A stretch of DNA of 45,087 nt from a virus (taxonomy: Duplodnaviria > Caudoviricetes), in IMG/VR virus record IMGVR_UViG_3300037044_000019, positions 1 to 45,087 of that record; one strand, 5' to 3'. The translations under genes and the position numbers were made by a program. Below, piece by piece: positions 27,483-36,162 of the stretch (the first letter of the stretch is position 1; each line of letters starts with the position of its first letter). Below the pieces are notes generated by a model. The model was not told where the DNA came from and ran no database searches. It worked only from the letters and a program-made list of their open reading frames with translations.

Positions 27483-28732
27483 GACAGGACATTCCGCTGA
27501 CCGACGACGAACTGAAGCGGCTCCTGATCCGCATCAAGCGGCAAGAGGAATCGCCGGACGTGCTGGACCTGTTGAGTGATGACGAAATCGCCAAGATGGA
27601 GTCGTTCGAGCAGTTGCCGACGCGCCCCGTCACGGCGGAAGAATTCACCGACAAGCCGGATTACTCGGGCGTCTCCAAGGCGTTGGACTGGCTTCCGGCG
27701 GCGGGTGGCGCGGTGGGTGGCACGCTCGGAGCGGCGGGTGGATTCGGCGTGGGATCGGTGCCGTTGGGTATCGCAGGGGCGGCCGGAGGTGGTGCGACCG
27801 GCGAAGCCTTGCGCCAGCACGGTCGGAGAATCCTGGGGCTTGACGCGCCTGGGTCCGCGACGGCGGCGGCGGGTGGCTTGCTCAAGGAAGGGGCGATCCA
27901 AGGGGGCGCACAGGCCGCAGGCGCGGGCATCGGCAAGGCGCTGAGTGCTGGTGCTCCGTGGCTGATGCAAACTGCCCTCAAGCCCACACAGGCCGTCCTA
28001 AAGGAATACCAGACCACGCCGAGGGCGCTGGTCAAGACTTTACTCGACGAAGGGGTGAACGTCACCCAGCGCGGGATCGAAAAACTCCAGGCGTTGTTCG
28101 CGTCCACCAACGATGAGATTGCCCAGTTGGTGCGAAACGCGCCTGGGTCCGTCAAGAAAACAGACGTGGCCGCACGGACGCTGACGACCGCGAACAAGTT
28201 GGCGCAGCAGACCAACCCCACAAGCGATCTTCGGGCGGTCGGTGAGACGGTCGAGGAGTTCATCAACCATCCCGTTTACAGCGGCAAGACCCTGAGTGTG
28301 CCTGAGGCGCAGGCCATGAAGGTGGGCACGTATCGGCAGATCGGTAAGAAGTACGGCGAGCAATCATCGGCCTCGGTCGAAGCGCAGAAGGCGCTGGCGC
28401 GGGGGCTGAAAGAGGAAGTGGCGAGCGAGGTGCCGGGCATCTCGGCGTTGAACGCCAAGGACTCTCAGATCATGGCCGCGATGGACGCGGTCGGGAGACG
28501 GGTGGCGGTCGCCGGCAATCGGGATCCTGTCGGATTTGCGTGGGTTGCACAGAACCCGGCGACGTTTCTCGCAGCGCTCTTTGACCGGAACCCGGCCATC
28601 AAGTCCATGATTGCAAGAGGGGCGTATCGGTCGGCTGGCGCGGCAGCGGGCGTGTCCCCGCAGTTGATCCGGATTGCGGTTACGGGTGTTGCATCCACGA
28701 ACGAACGCGACGAGCCGCCGCCTCAGGAGTAA
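27479..28732 (+). CDS. putative internal virion/ejection protein
   Basis: Gly/Ala-rich membrane-like segment (GGAVGGTLGAAGG...GAAGGGATGEA), helical remainder. Confidence 0.65.
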   Translation: MRQDIPLTDDELKRLLIRIKRQEESPDVLDLLSDDEIAKMESFEQLPTRPVTAEEFTDKPDYSGVSKALDWLPAAGGAVGGTLGAAGGFGVGSVPLGIAGAAGGGATGEALRQHGRRILGLDAPGSATAAAGGLLKEGAIQGGAQAAGAGIGKALSAGAPWLMQTALKPTQAVLKEYQTTPRALVKTLLDEGVNVTQRGIEKLQALFASTNDEIAQLVRNAPGSVKKTDVAARTLTTANKLAQQTNPTSDLRAVGETVEEFINHPVYSGKTLSVPEAQAMKVGTYRQIGKKYGEQSSASVEAQKALARGLKEEVASEVPGISALNAKDSQIMAAMDAVGRRVAVAGNRDPVGFAWVAQNPATFLAALFDRNPAIKSMIARGAYRSAGAAAGVSPQLIRIAVTGVASTNERDEPPPQE

Positions 28733-28823
28733 TGCGGCAGGTCCACGCGTCGAGGACATCGACGAACCAGAGGAAGACCCAGACCGCCAGGAGCAAGCCG
28801 ATGCCGGAGAGCACGGCGTTCAT
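28680..28823 (-). CDS. antisense small membrane protein (47 aa), probably leaderless
   Basis: MNAVLSGIGLLLAVWVFLWFVDVLDAWTCRITPEAAARRVRSWMQHP; extended -10 TGgTATCAT 6 nt upstream. Confidence 0.5.
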   Translation of the reverse strand: MNAVLSGIGLLLAVWVFLWFVDVLDAWTCRITPEAAARRVRSWMQHP

Positions 28824-28875
28824 GGGCACATGATACCACGGAACGGCGCCCCCACGGGGCGCAGGGGAGTGACGG

Positions 28876-28962
28876 ATGATTGCATTACTAGTGGTCCTCG
28901 TGCTGCTCTACGTGTTGCGGGCCTTTGGCGTGCTGGACCTGCCGCTGCCGCGACTGCGATAA
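28876..28962 (+). CDS. tiny hydrophobic peptide (28 aa)
   Basis: MIALLVVLVLLYVLRAFGVLDLPLPRLR; GGGGAG RBS. Confidence 0.4.
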   Translation: MIALLVVLVLLYVLRAFGVLDLPLPRLR

Positions 28963-29001
28963 TGGAAGGGGGCGTCCACGGGGGCGCACAGTGAGGACCG
29001 G

Positions 29002-29271
29002 ATGGAATCGGAACTGGCCAAAGCGTTGTCGATGCTCAAGGATGCGACCATCTCGGCCGCGCTCTTGGCGGTCCTGTTCGGGGCATTTACCCGCAAGTGG
29101 GTGCCCGGCGTCTATTACATGGAGTCTCAGGCGCGGAACAGCAAGCTGGAGAGCCTCGTGGAACTCGCCCATGATGCCGCAGACCGGGCCACGCGGGTGA
29201 GCGAGGAAACGCTCCGCATGGTCCGCGAGTTACAGGAAGCCCTCATCACTGCTGTGGAGAAGCAACGATGA
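29002..29271 (+). CDS. holin-like membrane protein
   Basis: one TM helix ending WVPG, followed by coiled coil; at start of lysis region. Confidence 0.55.
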   Translation: MESELAKALSMLKDATISAALLAVLFGAFTRKWVPGVYYMESQARNSKLESLVELAHDAADRATRVSEETLRMVRELQEALITAVEKQR

Positions 29272-29477
29272 TCCAGTTCTTGACACCGGCCATTCTCATG
29301 GATACCCCGCCGCCCAGGGAGCGGCATTCGTTCTGGGCGCGGTGGTGGCGACGGCGGAACCCGGCGCGGATCCACGCCCGGACGCCGACCACGGAAATTC
29401 TCGACATCATCGACCGCGTGCGGGGGGCGGAAGCCCAGTTGCAGCGGTTGAAGGGGGCATCATGCGTACGTGGCTGA
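29268..29477 (+). CDS. hypothetical protein
   Basis: ATGA overlap with upstream gene. Confidence 0.45.
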   Translation: MIQFLTPAILMDTPPPRERHSFWARWWRRRNPARIHARTPTTEILDIIDRVRGAEAQLQRLKGASCVRG

Positions 29478-29686
29478 AGATTGTCGCGGTGGTCGTGGTC
29501 CTCGCGCTGGTGGCGGCGGCCGGGTATGCGGTGGGCGTGATCCACGCGATTCGGGTTCAGTGCGCGGCCAAGCCAGCGGCGGCCCCGGGCACGCGGAGCA
29601 TCCCGTATCCGTCGACGATCTGCGACCAGTGCTATGCCAACTGGCCGGACTGGTGGTGCTGGGCCGGTGGCTGTCCGCTGCCCTAG
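29462..29686 (+). CDS. small membrane-anchored Cys-rich protein
   Basis: N-terminal TM helix; CDQC...WWCWAGGC. Confidence 0.55.
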   Translation: MRTWLKIVAVVVVLALVAAAGYAVGVIHAIRVQCAAKPAAAPGTRSIPYPSTICDQCYANWPDWWCWAGGCPLP

Positions 29687-29719
29687 CCGTTGACAACTGC
29701 GCGGAAAAGCGTATATTAG
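29684..29719 (+). promoter_or_regulatory. conserved phage promoter TTGACA-16-TATATT
   Basis: ctagccgTTGACAactgcgcggaaaagcgTATATTag; near copy at 44031-44067 (-); ATG 7 nt downstream of the -10 box. Confidence 0.8.
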
Positions 29720-29724
29720 GCGGT

Positions 29725-30222
29725 ATGGCTGATCCCATCTGGCTCTCGGTCGCCCGGGCCTTCGTCGGCCTCACGGAACACGTTGGCCCCGGCTCGAACC
29801 CGGTCATCATGCAGTGGGCGCGGGACATCGGCGCCCCAGGCTGGTATGACGATGATGACAAGCCCTGGTGTGCCGTCGCGCTGAACAGGTGGCTGCTGGC
29901 CTCGCAACTGCCGCTATCCGGGTCCGGGTACGAACTGCTCCGGGCTGCGTCGTTCCGCGACTACGGGCAGGAAATGGCGCTTGGCCCGGCGCTTGGCTCA
30001 ATCTTGGTTTTTTCCCGCGAGGGCGGCGGCCACGTCGGCCTGTATACCGGGGAGAGCGCGAACCACGTCCGGGTGTTGGGCGGGAACCAGGGCAATCAGG
30101 TAAGCGAGACGTGGATCGGCAAGGCGCGTCTTGTGGCCACACGCTGGCCCCCGGGCGTGCCGGTGCCGTTCGTGCAGCGGGTCATGGCCGAGCGCGGGGC
30201 GCTGTCAAGCGGGGAGGCGTGA
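29725..30222 (+). CDS. endolysin-like NlpC/P60-type peptidase (TIGR02594 family)
   Basis: PIWLSVAR..VGLTEH.GP.SNPVI, DDDKPWCA, GGGHVGLY, VLGGNQGNQV, RWP. Confidence 0.85.
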   Translation: MADPIWLSVARAFVGLTEHVGPGSNPVIMQWARDIGAPGWYDDDDKPWCAVALNRWLLASQLPLSGSGYELLRAASFRDYGQEMALGPALGSILVFSREGGGHVGLYTGESANHVRVLGGNQGNQVSETWIGKARLVATRWPPGVPVPFVQRVMAERGALSSGEA

Positions 30223-31490
30223 TGCGGGAGCAGACATTTTCGCCCGGGTGGTACATCGGCGCGACCCCGGCCGGGGCGTTCGCCGTGGTCAAAACCGGCT
30301 CGCACATTCTGACGCATGGCGGCGTCGTGCCGTTGCCCTCAGGCGCGGCCGTGGTTGATTGCCTCGTGCTGGACCGCACCGGCACGCGCATCGCCGGGAC
30401 CGTGGCGCGGGGGCGGCAGGACTTCGCGGTGGAGTGGGATTGGGTGCGGAGCGAGTGGGTTGAGCGCGGACTGTCGTTCGGCCGCTTCGCCTGCGCCTAC
30501 GGGCCTGATGGCTCGCTTTACGTCTGCACCTCAGGCACAACCGGCCTGCGCTACCTACCCGGCGGCGGCGTGGTGGAACTGGCCCTCGACTGCGGGCCGC
30601 TCGGCATCCGGTGGGTCGATGACGCCGGGACGGTCATTTTCTCGCACCGCACCTACGCTGACAAGGCACGCGGCCTCTACGAATACACCGAATGGCCCGA
30701 CGTGGCCATCGGTCAGGGCCACGACAGCATTGGCGAGGGCGCGGTGGTCTGGGCTGGTGGCGTCTTGCGCCGACTGGCTGAGGGCGGGATTCGGGACATC
30801 AAGCCCCAGCGCGACGGCAACGACTTCGCGATCCCCTACTGGAAACTCGACGGCACGGCCGCCATCATCTACGCCACGCTTGACGAACTGTGGGCGCTGC
30901 CGCCGGTCACGGTGCCGGTGCCGCCCACCCCGCCGATTCCCCCCACTCCCCCAACCCCGGAGCCAACCATGCAGTTTACCGCGCACGAACAGTCCATTCT
31001 CGTGGCCTTTGACGCCGCGTATCCGGTACCGCAGGGGGCCGGCAAGTCCGTTGACAAATGGGAGGCCGAACGCCGTTATTGGACCATGACACTGGCGCAG
31101 ACGTTCAATGCCCGCGCCGGGGCTAAATGGGGCACCAAGCGGGCCGACCCGAACCGCCCCCCGTCCAAGGACGCCCTCGCCTTCGAGGACGCGGGCCGGT
31201 TGTGGGGCTTCGATACCTGCGTGGCGACCAGCGACACAACGGTCAAGATCAACCCGAACGCGCATGGCGAGGACATCACGGGACAGGTGTTCATCCCGGT
31301 TGAGGCCAAGGACTGGCTGGCCGGCGACACGCCGCCAACCCCGCCCGTGGACCCGCCAACGCCCCCGGTCGATCCCCCGACGCCCCCCACGCCCGGCACG
31401 GACTACGGCCCGGCGATTCTAGCCCTGGTCCTGCGCGTCAACAAGCTCGAGGCGCATCTCGAGAACCTGACCAAGCCGTTTACGAGGTGA
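30222..31490 (+). CDS. multidomain hypothetical protein with Pro/Thr linkers
   Basis: beta-rich N-domain, PPTPPIPPTPPTPEP linker, second domain, PPTPPVD repeats. Confidence 0.65.
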   Translation: MREQTFSPGWYIGATPAGAFAVVKTGSHILTHGGVVPLPSGAAVVDCLVLDRTGTRIAGTVARGRQDFAVEWDWVRSEWVERGLSFGRFACAYGPDGSLYVCTSGTTGLRYLPGGGVVELALDCGPLGIRWVDDAGTVIFSHRTYADKARGLYEYTEWPDVAIGQGHDSIGEGAVVWAGGVLRRLAEGGIRDIKPQRDGNDFAIPYWKLDGTAAIIYATLDELWALPPVTVPVPPTPPIPPTPPTPEPTMQFTAHEQSILVAFDAAYPVPQGAGKSVDKWEAERRYWTMTLAQTFNARAGAKWGTKRADPNRPPSKDALAFEDAGRLWGFDTCVATSDTTVKINPNAHGEDITGQVFIPVEAKDWLAGDTPPTPPVDPPTPPVDPPTPPTPGTDYGPAILALVLRVNKLEAHLENLTKPFTR

Positions 31491-31735
31491 ACATGCGAAT
31501 TACCAGGGACAGCGCAATCCTGTGGTGGGGTCTGATCTCCGGCGTTATTACGGCGCTGGCGGCCAACTCCGGTATCTTCCCCCCGAAGTGGCAAGCCTAC
31601 ATCTCGACGGCCGGGATGGTTGTGGCGGCCGTCTCCGGCTGGCTCAAGACCAGCCCACTCATCGGCGAGAAGCAGGCCAAGGCTGAGGACCGCAAAGAGG
31701 CCGTGGCCGACGCTAAAGAGGTGTTGCGTGGCTGA
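31487..31735 (+). CDS. holin-like membrane protein
   Basis: two TM helices and a charged C-terminus. Confidence 0.55.
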   Translation: MNMRITRDSAILWWGLISGVITALAANSGIFPPKWQAYISTAGMVVAAVSGWLKTSPLIGEKQAKAEDRKEAVADAKEVLRG

Positions 31736-31973
31736 CGTGAAACTGTCGGTGCCTGATGCGATCCTTGCGGACGTGCGGGCGGCGGCCGACAAGGTGGCCC
31801 CCGGCAAAAAGATACGCCTGACCTTCGCGCTTGACGTGATAACGAAGGAGTTGCACGTCAACGCGGTCTATCGCGGGAAGTCGTGGGCGGTTGGCACGTT
31901 CGTCAACAAACTGCCCGGCGTGGCCCCGTCCCTGGCCGTGGGCGGGTCTATCGAGTTTGAGCCAGCCCCATGA
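31728..31973 (+). CDS. hypothetical protein
   Basis: GTG start overlapping upstream gene; beta-strand-rich. Confidence 0.5.
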   Translation: MADVKLSVPDAILADVRAAADKVAPGKKIRLTFALDVITKELHVNAVYRGKSWAVGTFVNKLPGVAPSLAVGGSIEFEPAP

Positions 31974-32194
31974 CCCGGCACACCGGCAAGCTCGCGTGGC
32001 TCATCGCGGCCCTGTTCCTGCTCGTCTATGAAGCCTGGGCACTGGCGACGGGCGGGGAAACCCTGTCCCATGCCATGTATGCCATGACGCAGGCGTGGGG
32101 GTTGCTGCCGTTCCTGCTCGGGGTCGTGGTCGGGGGGTTAGCGGTCCATTTCTGGTGGCGGTGGGATCCAGAGAAAGGGCGGGGCAACCTGTGA
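31970..32194 (+). CDS. small two-TM membrane protein
   Basis: YEAWAL...TLS...GGLAVHFWW pattern. Confidence 0.6.
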   Translation: MTRHTGKLAWLIAALFLLVYEAWALATGGETLSHAMYAMTQAWGLLPFLLGVVVGGLAVHFWWRWDPEKGRGNL

Positions 32195-32320
32195 CAGTCC
32201 AGCGGCCGGCAAGCCCTGCGACCAGTCGAACCCGGGGGGCCAGCCCCGGGCGCGGTTGCCCACGCAAAGTATAACACAGCAGCCCCTAGGGGCCACGCAA
32301 GCCCCGGCAGGCTGTCAGGG

Positions 32321-32569
32321 TCACGCGCCGTCCCGGTCGTCGCTCTCCGTGGCGCTGGTGCGGTCCTGTGGGGTATTCAGCCTGCCCTCGTCCAGCCTGA
32401 CCGCTGGCTCACTCAGCCAGACCCGCTCCAGGGTCGAAAACCGCCCCCCGCACTCCAGGCACACCCGCCGCCGCAGGCTGGCCCGCTGGTCCTCCCGCCA
32501 GCGCGTGGCCAGGGTGCGGCTCGCCTGACTGCCGCAGAGCGGGCAGGGGGGCTTACTCTCATCAGTCAC
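32321..32569 (-). CDS. NrdR N-terminal-like zinc-ribbon protein
   Basis: CPLCG....RTLATR......RRRVCLECGGRFSTLE matches the NrdR Zn ribbon; no ATP cone. Confidence 0.75.
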   Translation of the reverse strand: MTDESKPPCPLCGSQASRTLATRWREDQRASLRRRVCLECGGRFSTLERVWLSEPAVRLDEGRLNTPQDRTSATESDDRDGA

Positions 32570-32832
32570 GCTTTAGGCTCATGGGCGCGGCAGCCGTTGC
32601 CGAATGTCTCGCACGACCGATACAGCGTCTCGTCGTCGAAATACGGGTCGCCTTGCTCGCACCGAATAGCCGAACGCTGGCAGTCGCCGTGATCGTTGTG
32701 CTTGCACGTCTCGCACGTCTGTCCACGCAATTGGCGCAGTTCAGCTACCGCCGCTTGAATCGCTGCCGCCCGGGTAGGTGTTTCTCCGCATTTGGCATAT
32801 TCCAACAATAGATCAAGGTCAACCTGTAGCAT
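32566..32832 (-). CDS. Cys-rich hypothetical protein, paralogue of junction-spanning ORF
   Basis: CETCKHN..GDC...CETFGNGCRAHE. Confidence 0.6.
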   Translation of the reverse strand: MLQVDLDLLLEYAKCGETPTRAAAIQAAVAELRQLRGQTCETCKHNDHGDCQRSAIRCEQGDPYFDDETLYRSCETFGNGCRAHEPKA

Positions 32833-32841
32833 TTTGCCTCC

Positions 32842-33801
32842 CTATCCCAACAACCCCGCCCAATGCTCCGCGTCTTGCGGGCGCAGCAGGTGGAACGGCA
32901 CGCCGGTCAGGACCGAGAGCCGGTGCGTCAGGTCGAGGTGGGCAGCGGCCGTGCTGTGCCAGGCGGTGTAACAGGCCAGCGTGGGACGGCCCAAGCGCAG
33001 CGCCAACTGCGACAGCCCGCCGTAGGTGCCCACGAAGCCCTGCGCCCGGGCAAGGACCGCCGACTGAATGGCGAGGTTCGTCTGCGGCGTCAGGCCCGGT
33101 TCCAGGCTGTAGATGTGCTTGGCGGGGTCGGCCGTCAGCAGGTCGGCGTGGTCGTCCAGCCGTGCCCCGGCGTTGAGTAGGACCACGGGCTGTTTGCGGG
33201 CGAGGCGTTCGACAAGTGCCCGCATCCACATGGTTTGGGCCTCGTCCGGCGTGAACGTGGGGCGGGCGTAGAACCGCACGGCCAGGTACTTCTCCGGCAG
33301 TTGCAGGTTCGGGGGCAGCGCCGGGACCGGAATCGGGTTGATCCGGCTGTAGCGGTCGAGCAGGTGCGGGGAGGCGTGGTCGGACCAGAACGGCATCAGC
33401 AGGGCATACATCCACGACGGGTGCAGCACCAAGGGCTTGACGCCGAGCTTGTGGCCGACCAGATCCACCAAGGTCCGTTCCCAGCCTTCCCAGCGCAGTT
33501 GTTTGGTCGAGCCGGTACGGACCTGCGTTTCCAGCGTCAGCACCCGGATTTCGTCCGGGCTGATCAGGTCGTACAGCTCGACGTTGGTCGGCGTGCGGTA
33601 CCACGCCCCCGCCCCGCCCCGGGACCAACTGATACAGCGGGCATCGGGGATGTGGTAGGCGTGGCGGAACCAGTTGAGGAACGGGAGCCAGTACAGCACC
33701 TCGAACCCGACCTCAGCCCGCCACGGGCCGAGCAGGATCGGGCGGGAACTGGCCGCGAGATGGCGGGCGAACAGGGCGAAGCGGGCATCGACGAATCTCA
33801 T
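32842..33801 (-). CDS. putative GT-B glycosyltransferase (GT9-like C-terminus)
   Basis: GPWRAEVGFEVLYW N-terminus; AVLARAQGFVGTYGGLSQLALRLGRPTL resembles the GT9 'A.LFVG.DSG..HLA.ALG.PT' motif. Confidence 0.55.
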   Translation of the reverse strand: MRFVDARFALFARHLAASSRPILLGPWRAEVGFEVLYWLPFLNWFRHAYHIPDARCISWSRGGAGAWYRTPTNVELYDLISPDEIRVLTLETQVRTGSTKQLRWEGWERTLVDLVGHKLGVKPLVLHPSWMYALLMPFWSDHASPHLLDRYSRINPIPVPALPPNLQLPEKYLAVRFYARPTFTPDEAQTMWMRALVERLARKQPVVLLNAGARLDDHADLLTADPAKHIYSLEPGLTPQTNLAIQSAVLARAQGFVGTYGGLSQLALRLGRPTLACYTAWHSTAAAHLDLTHRLSVLTGVPFHLLRPQDAEHWAGLLG

Positions 33802-33995
33802 CGGGCCTCCGATTCGCGCTTGCGCTGAAGTGCAATCACGATGCGTTCCGCCTCGTCCTTGGTCAATCCCTGGATCGTCGCCGCGTAGTCTACGCCCGCC
33901 ACGCCGTAAAGCCTGCCCGTTTTGGCCCTATCGGGATGAGTCACAGCCCCGTATGGCTGATAAACGTAGGGTCCGGTCGGTTCCTGCTGGCTCAT
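33798..33995 (-). CDS. hypothetical protein
   Basis: MSQQEPTGPY...; ATGA overlaps both sides. Confidence 0.55.
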   Translation of the reverse strand: MSQQEPTGPYVYQPYGAVTHPDRAKTGRLYGVAGVDYAATIQGLTKDEAERIVIALQRKRESEAR

Positions 33996-34186
33996 CGCTT
34001 CCTCGCTTTTCGCGCAGCCTCGCATCGTTCGCAATCGCACTTCTCGGGCCACCGCTTTGGGTCTTTGCGCCCATCAAACTCCACGCCACATTGGGGGCAC
34101 GCCGACGCCGAGAACCGCAGGCGATGACCACAGGAGTAGCAGCGTTCCCACAGATAACACCCTTCGTGACACCCTTCGTGCTTCAT
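33992..34186 (-). CDS. small Cys-rich (Zn-binding) protein
   Basis: CHEGC..CYSC..CPQC..CDCERC. Confidence 0.55.
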   Translation of the reverse strand: MKHEGCHEGCYLWERCYSCGHRLRFSASACPQCGVEFDGRKDPKRWPEKCDCERCEAARKARKR

Positions 34187-34398
34187 CGCGTTTCCTCCGC
34201 AATCTCGCGTTGGCGCTTGTCCCAGTTCCTCTGGAACGACTTGGGGTTAACGGCGTTCATGTTGAGGTCCATCAGCGCCTCGACGCCGCGTTCTTTCACC
34301 ACCTTACCGATGGCTATCATGAGTGCTTCAGCCAGTGGCCGCAACACCAGCGCGTGCGACACGGGCGCGGAAATCGTGAGCCGAATAATGTGGTTCAT
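34183..34398 (-). CDS. hypothetical protein
   Basis: ATGA overlaps both sides. Confidence 0.55.
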   Translation of the reverse strand: MNHIIRLTISAPVSHALVLRPLAEALMIAIGKVVKERGVEALMDLNMNAVNPKSFQRNWDKRQREIAEETR

Positions 34399-35696
34399 CG
34401 CTCAAACCCCCTGACCGGCCGCGCCAGCAGCCGGAGATAACTGGACACGGGATCGCGGAACATCTGCTCGACCGCCTGCCCCACTTCCTCGGGCGTGTGC
34501 GGTTCGTAGATCCGGCACGGCCCCTGCCGGAACACGGCAAGGTCGAAGTCCGTCTCGTGCGACGGCCCCGGCCCGACGTTGAGCGGCCCGGCCAAGGTGC
34601 CGACGAACCGGATGGCGAGGCCGGGTTCGTTCAGGGCGTCCCGAATCTGCTCGGTGGCGCGGGTGAAGAACCGGGCGAACGTGTGGCAGACGGGCTGCTT
34701 CCCGGCGGCGGCCAGCCCCACGGCGCAACTGACCATGTGCTGTTCGGCGATGCCCACGGGTTCGAGCGGGAAGCCGCGGTCCTCGCGCAGCCCGTCCAGC
34801 CCGGCGTCCCACGTCAGATCGGCGTCGAGGACCACAACATCCGGGTGTTCGCCGTGCTTGATCATGGCCGCTCGGAACGCCCGCATCATCTCCGACCGCA
34901 CGGGCGCGTCGTGATGTGGCCCGGCATACTGATACGTGGACCCCACGGGCAACGCCTTCCGCAAGTGCGCCACGTTCGCCTCATACTGCTCCGCATCCAG
35001 CGCCCCGCTGTGGCTCCAGTGCGGCACGCCGTCGCCCTTCTTCGTGTGGCAGAGCAGGACCGTGGGCCAGCCCGGGACGAACTGCGTCGGGATCGGGTCG
35101 TCATACCCGACCGGGCAGCAGGTCCAACAGGCGCCCTTGAACGGCCCAAACGGTTCCCGGTCCTGCGGGACCAGAATCGGCCCCTCCGACTGGTAGCCGT
35201 TGGCGTCGATTAGGACAATCAGGTTGTCCAGCCGGGCGCGGGCGGCGTGACAGGCGGCTTCCCACACCTGCCCTTCCTGCATCTCGCCGTCGCCGATGAC
35301 GCAATAGACCCGGCGCGTGCGGTCGGCCAGGGCCAGCCCCACGGCTTTGCTCAGGCCCATGCCAAGGCTGCCGGTGGAGACGGCCCACCCGTGTGCCCGT
35401 TCGGGATGGCCCGGCAATCCGTTGGGCTGGCGGAACCGAAGCAAGTAGGCATCATCGAGAATAAACTTGCCGTGCTTGATGGCGTAGATCGCCGCGCAGT
35501 CGTGCCCCTTGCTGCTGATTACCAGAGACCAGTCCCACATCAGGTGCTCGTACAGCTTCAGGCTGGACAGACTCGACCCAAGGTGCCCCCCGCCCGCATA
35601 CTGGATCATTGAGCAAATGTTCAGCCGCAGGGCCGCCGTCCGGGCCGCGCCCGTCAACCGCGCCAGTTCCGCCTGTCGGACGAACGTGTAAATCAT
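34395..35696 (-). CDS. transketolase-family TPP enzyme (fused PP and PYR domains, C-terminal domain apparently missing)
   Basis: GGGHLGSSLS, SKGH, GHP, STGSLGMGL, GDGEMQEGQVWEA..DANG, HTKKG, DADL, GIAEQHMV, GPSH. Confidence 0.9.
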   Translation of the reverse strand: MIYTFVRQAELARLTGAARTAALRLNICSMIQYAGGGHLGSSLSSLKLYEHLMWDWSLVISSKGHDCAAIYAIKHGKFILDDAYLLRFRQPNGLPGHPERAHGWAVSTGSLGMGLSKAVGLALADRTRRVYCVIGDGEMQEGQVWEAACHAARARLDNLIVLIDANGYQSEGPILVPQDREPFGPFKGACWTCCPVGYDDPIPTQFVPGWPTVLLCHTKKGDGVPHWSHSGALDAEQYEANVAHLRKALPVGSTYQYAGPHHDAPVRSEMMRAFRAAMIKHGEHPDVVVLDADLTWDAGLDGLREDRGFPLEPVGIAEQHMVSCAVGLAAAGKQPVCHTFARFFTRATEQIRDALNEPGLAIRFVGTLAGPLNVGPGPSHETDFDLAVFRQGPCRIYEPHTPEEVGQAVEQMFRDPVSSYLRLLARPVRGFER

Positions 35697-36162
35697 CGCT
35701 TCACCTCCGGCCTTTCGTGTATCGGTCATACATCACCATCGCCCCGGCAACGGCGACGTTGTGACAGAACTCGCCCGGCAATACGATGGTCTGGTTGCAC
35801 GCCTTAATTGCTTTTGCGGACAGCCCATGATCTTCCGCGCCAAGCAAGTAAATTGCCCTCTGCGGGTGCGTATACGCAGCAACGGGAGTGGCGGTGGGCA
35901 ACAGTTCAATTCCTACAAGCAGCGCGTCATAAGGGCGCCACTGAAGGCATTCTTCCAGGGTGCCGAAGTTGAACAGGGGCAAACTGCGCCACGCTTTGGT
36001 GGTGTCACTGGCCTGCTGTTTGTACCGCCGTCCGATGGTGAATACGAACGCAGCCCCCATTGAATGGGCGGTGCGCCAGAGTGTGCCCACGTTGGTTTCC
36101 GTCTTGGTGTGTTCAATACCAATGGCAAACCAACCGCGTCCGTTCATCGCTTCACCTCCGGC
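35693..36162. repeat. perfect 19-bp direct repeat flanking the SpoU gene
   Basis: tcatcgcttcacctccggc at 35693-35711 and 36144-36162. Confidence 0.9.
35701..36147 (-). CDS. SpoU/TrmH-family (SPOUT) RNA methyltransferase
   Basis: NVGTLWRTAHSMGA, YLLGAEDHGLS, CHNVAVAGAMVMYDR SPOUT motifs. Confidence 0.88.
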   Translation of the reverse strand: MNGRGWFAIGIEHTKTETNVGTLWRTAHSMGAAFVFTIGRRYKQQASDTTKAWRSLPLFNFGTLEECLQWRPYDALLVGIELLPTATPVAAYTHPQRAIYLLGAEDHGLSAKAIKACNQTIVLPGEFCHNVAVAGAMVMYDRYTKGRR

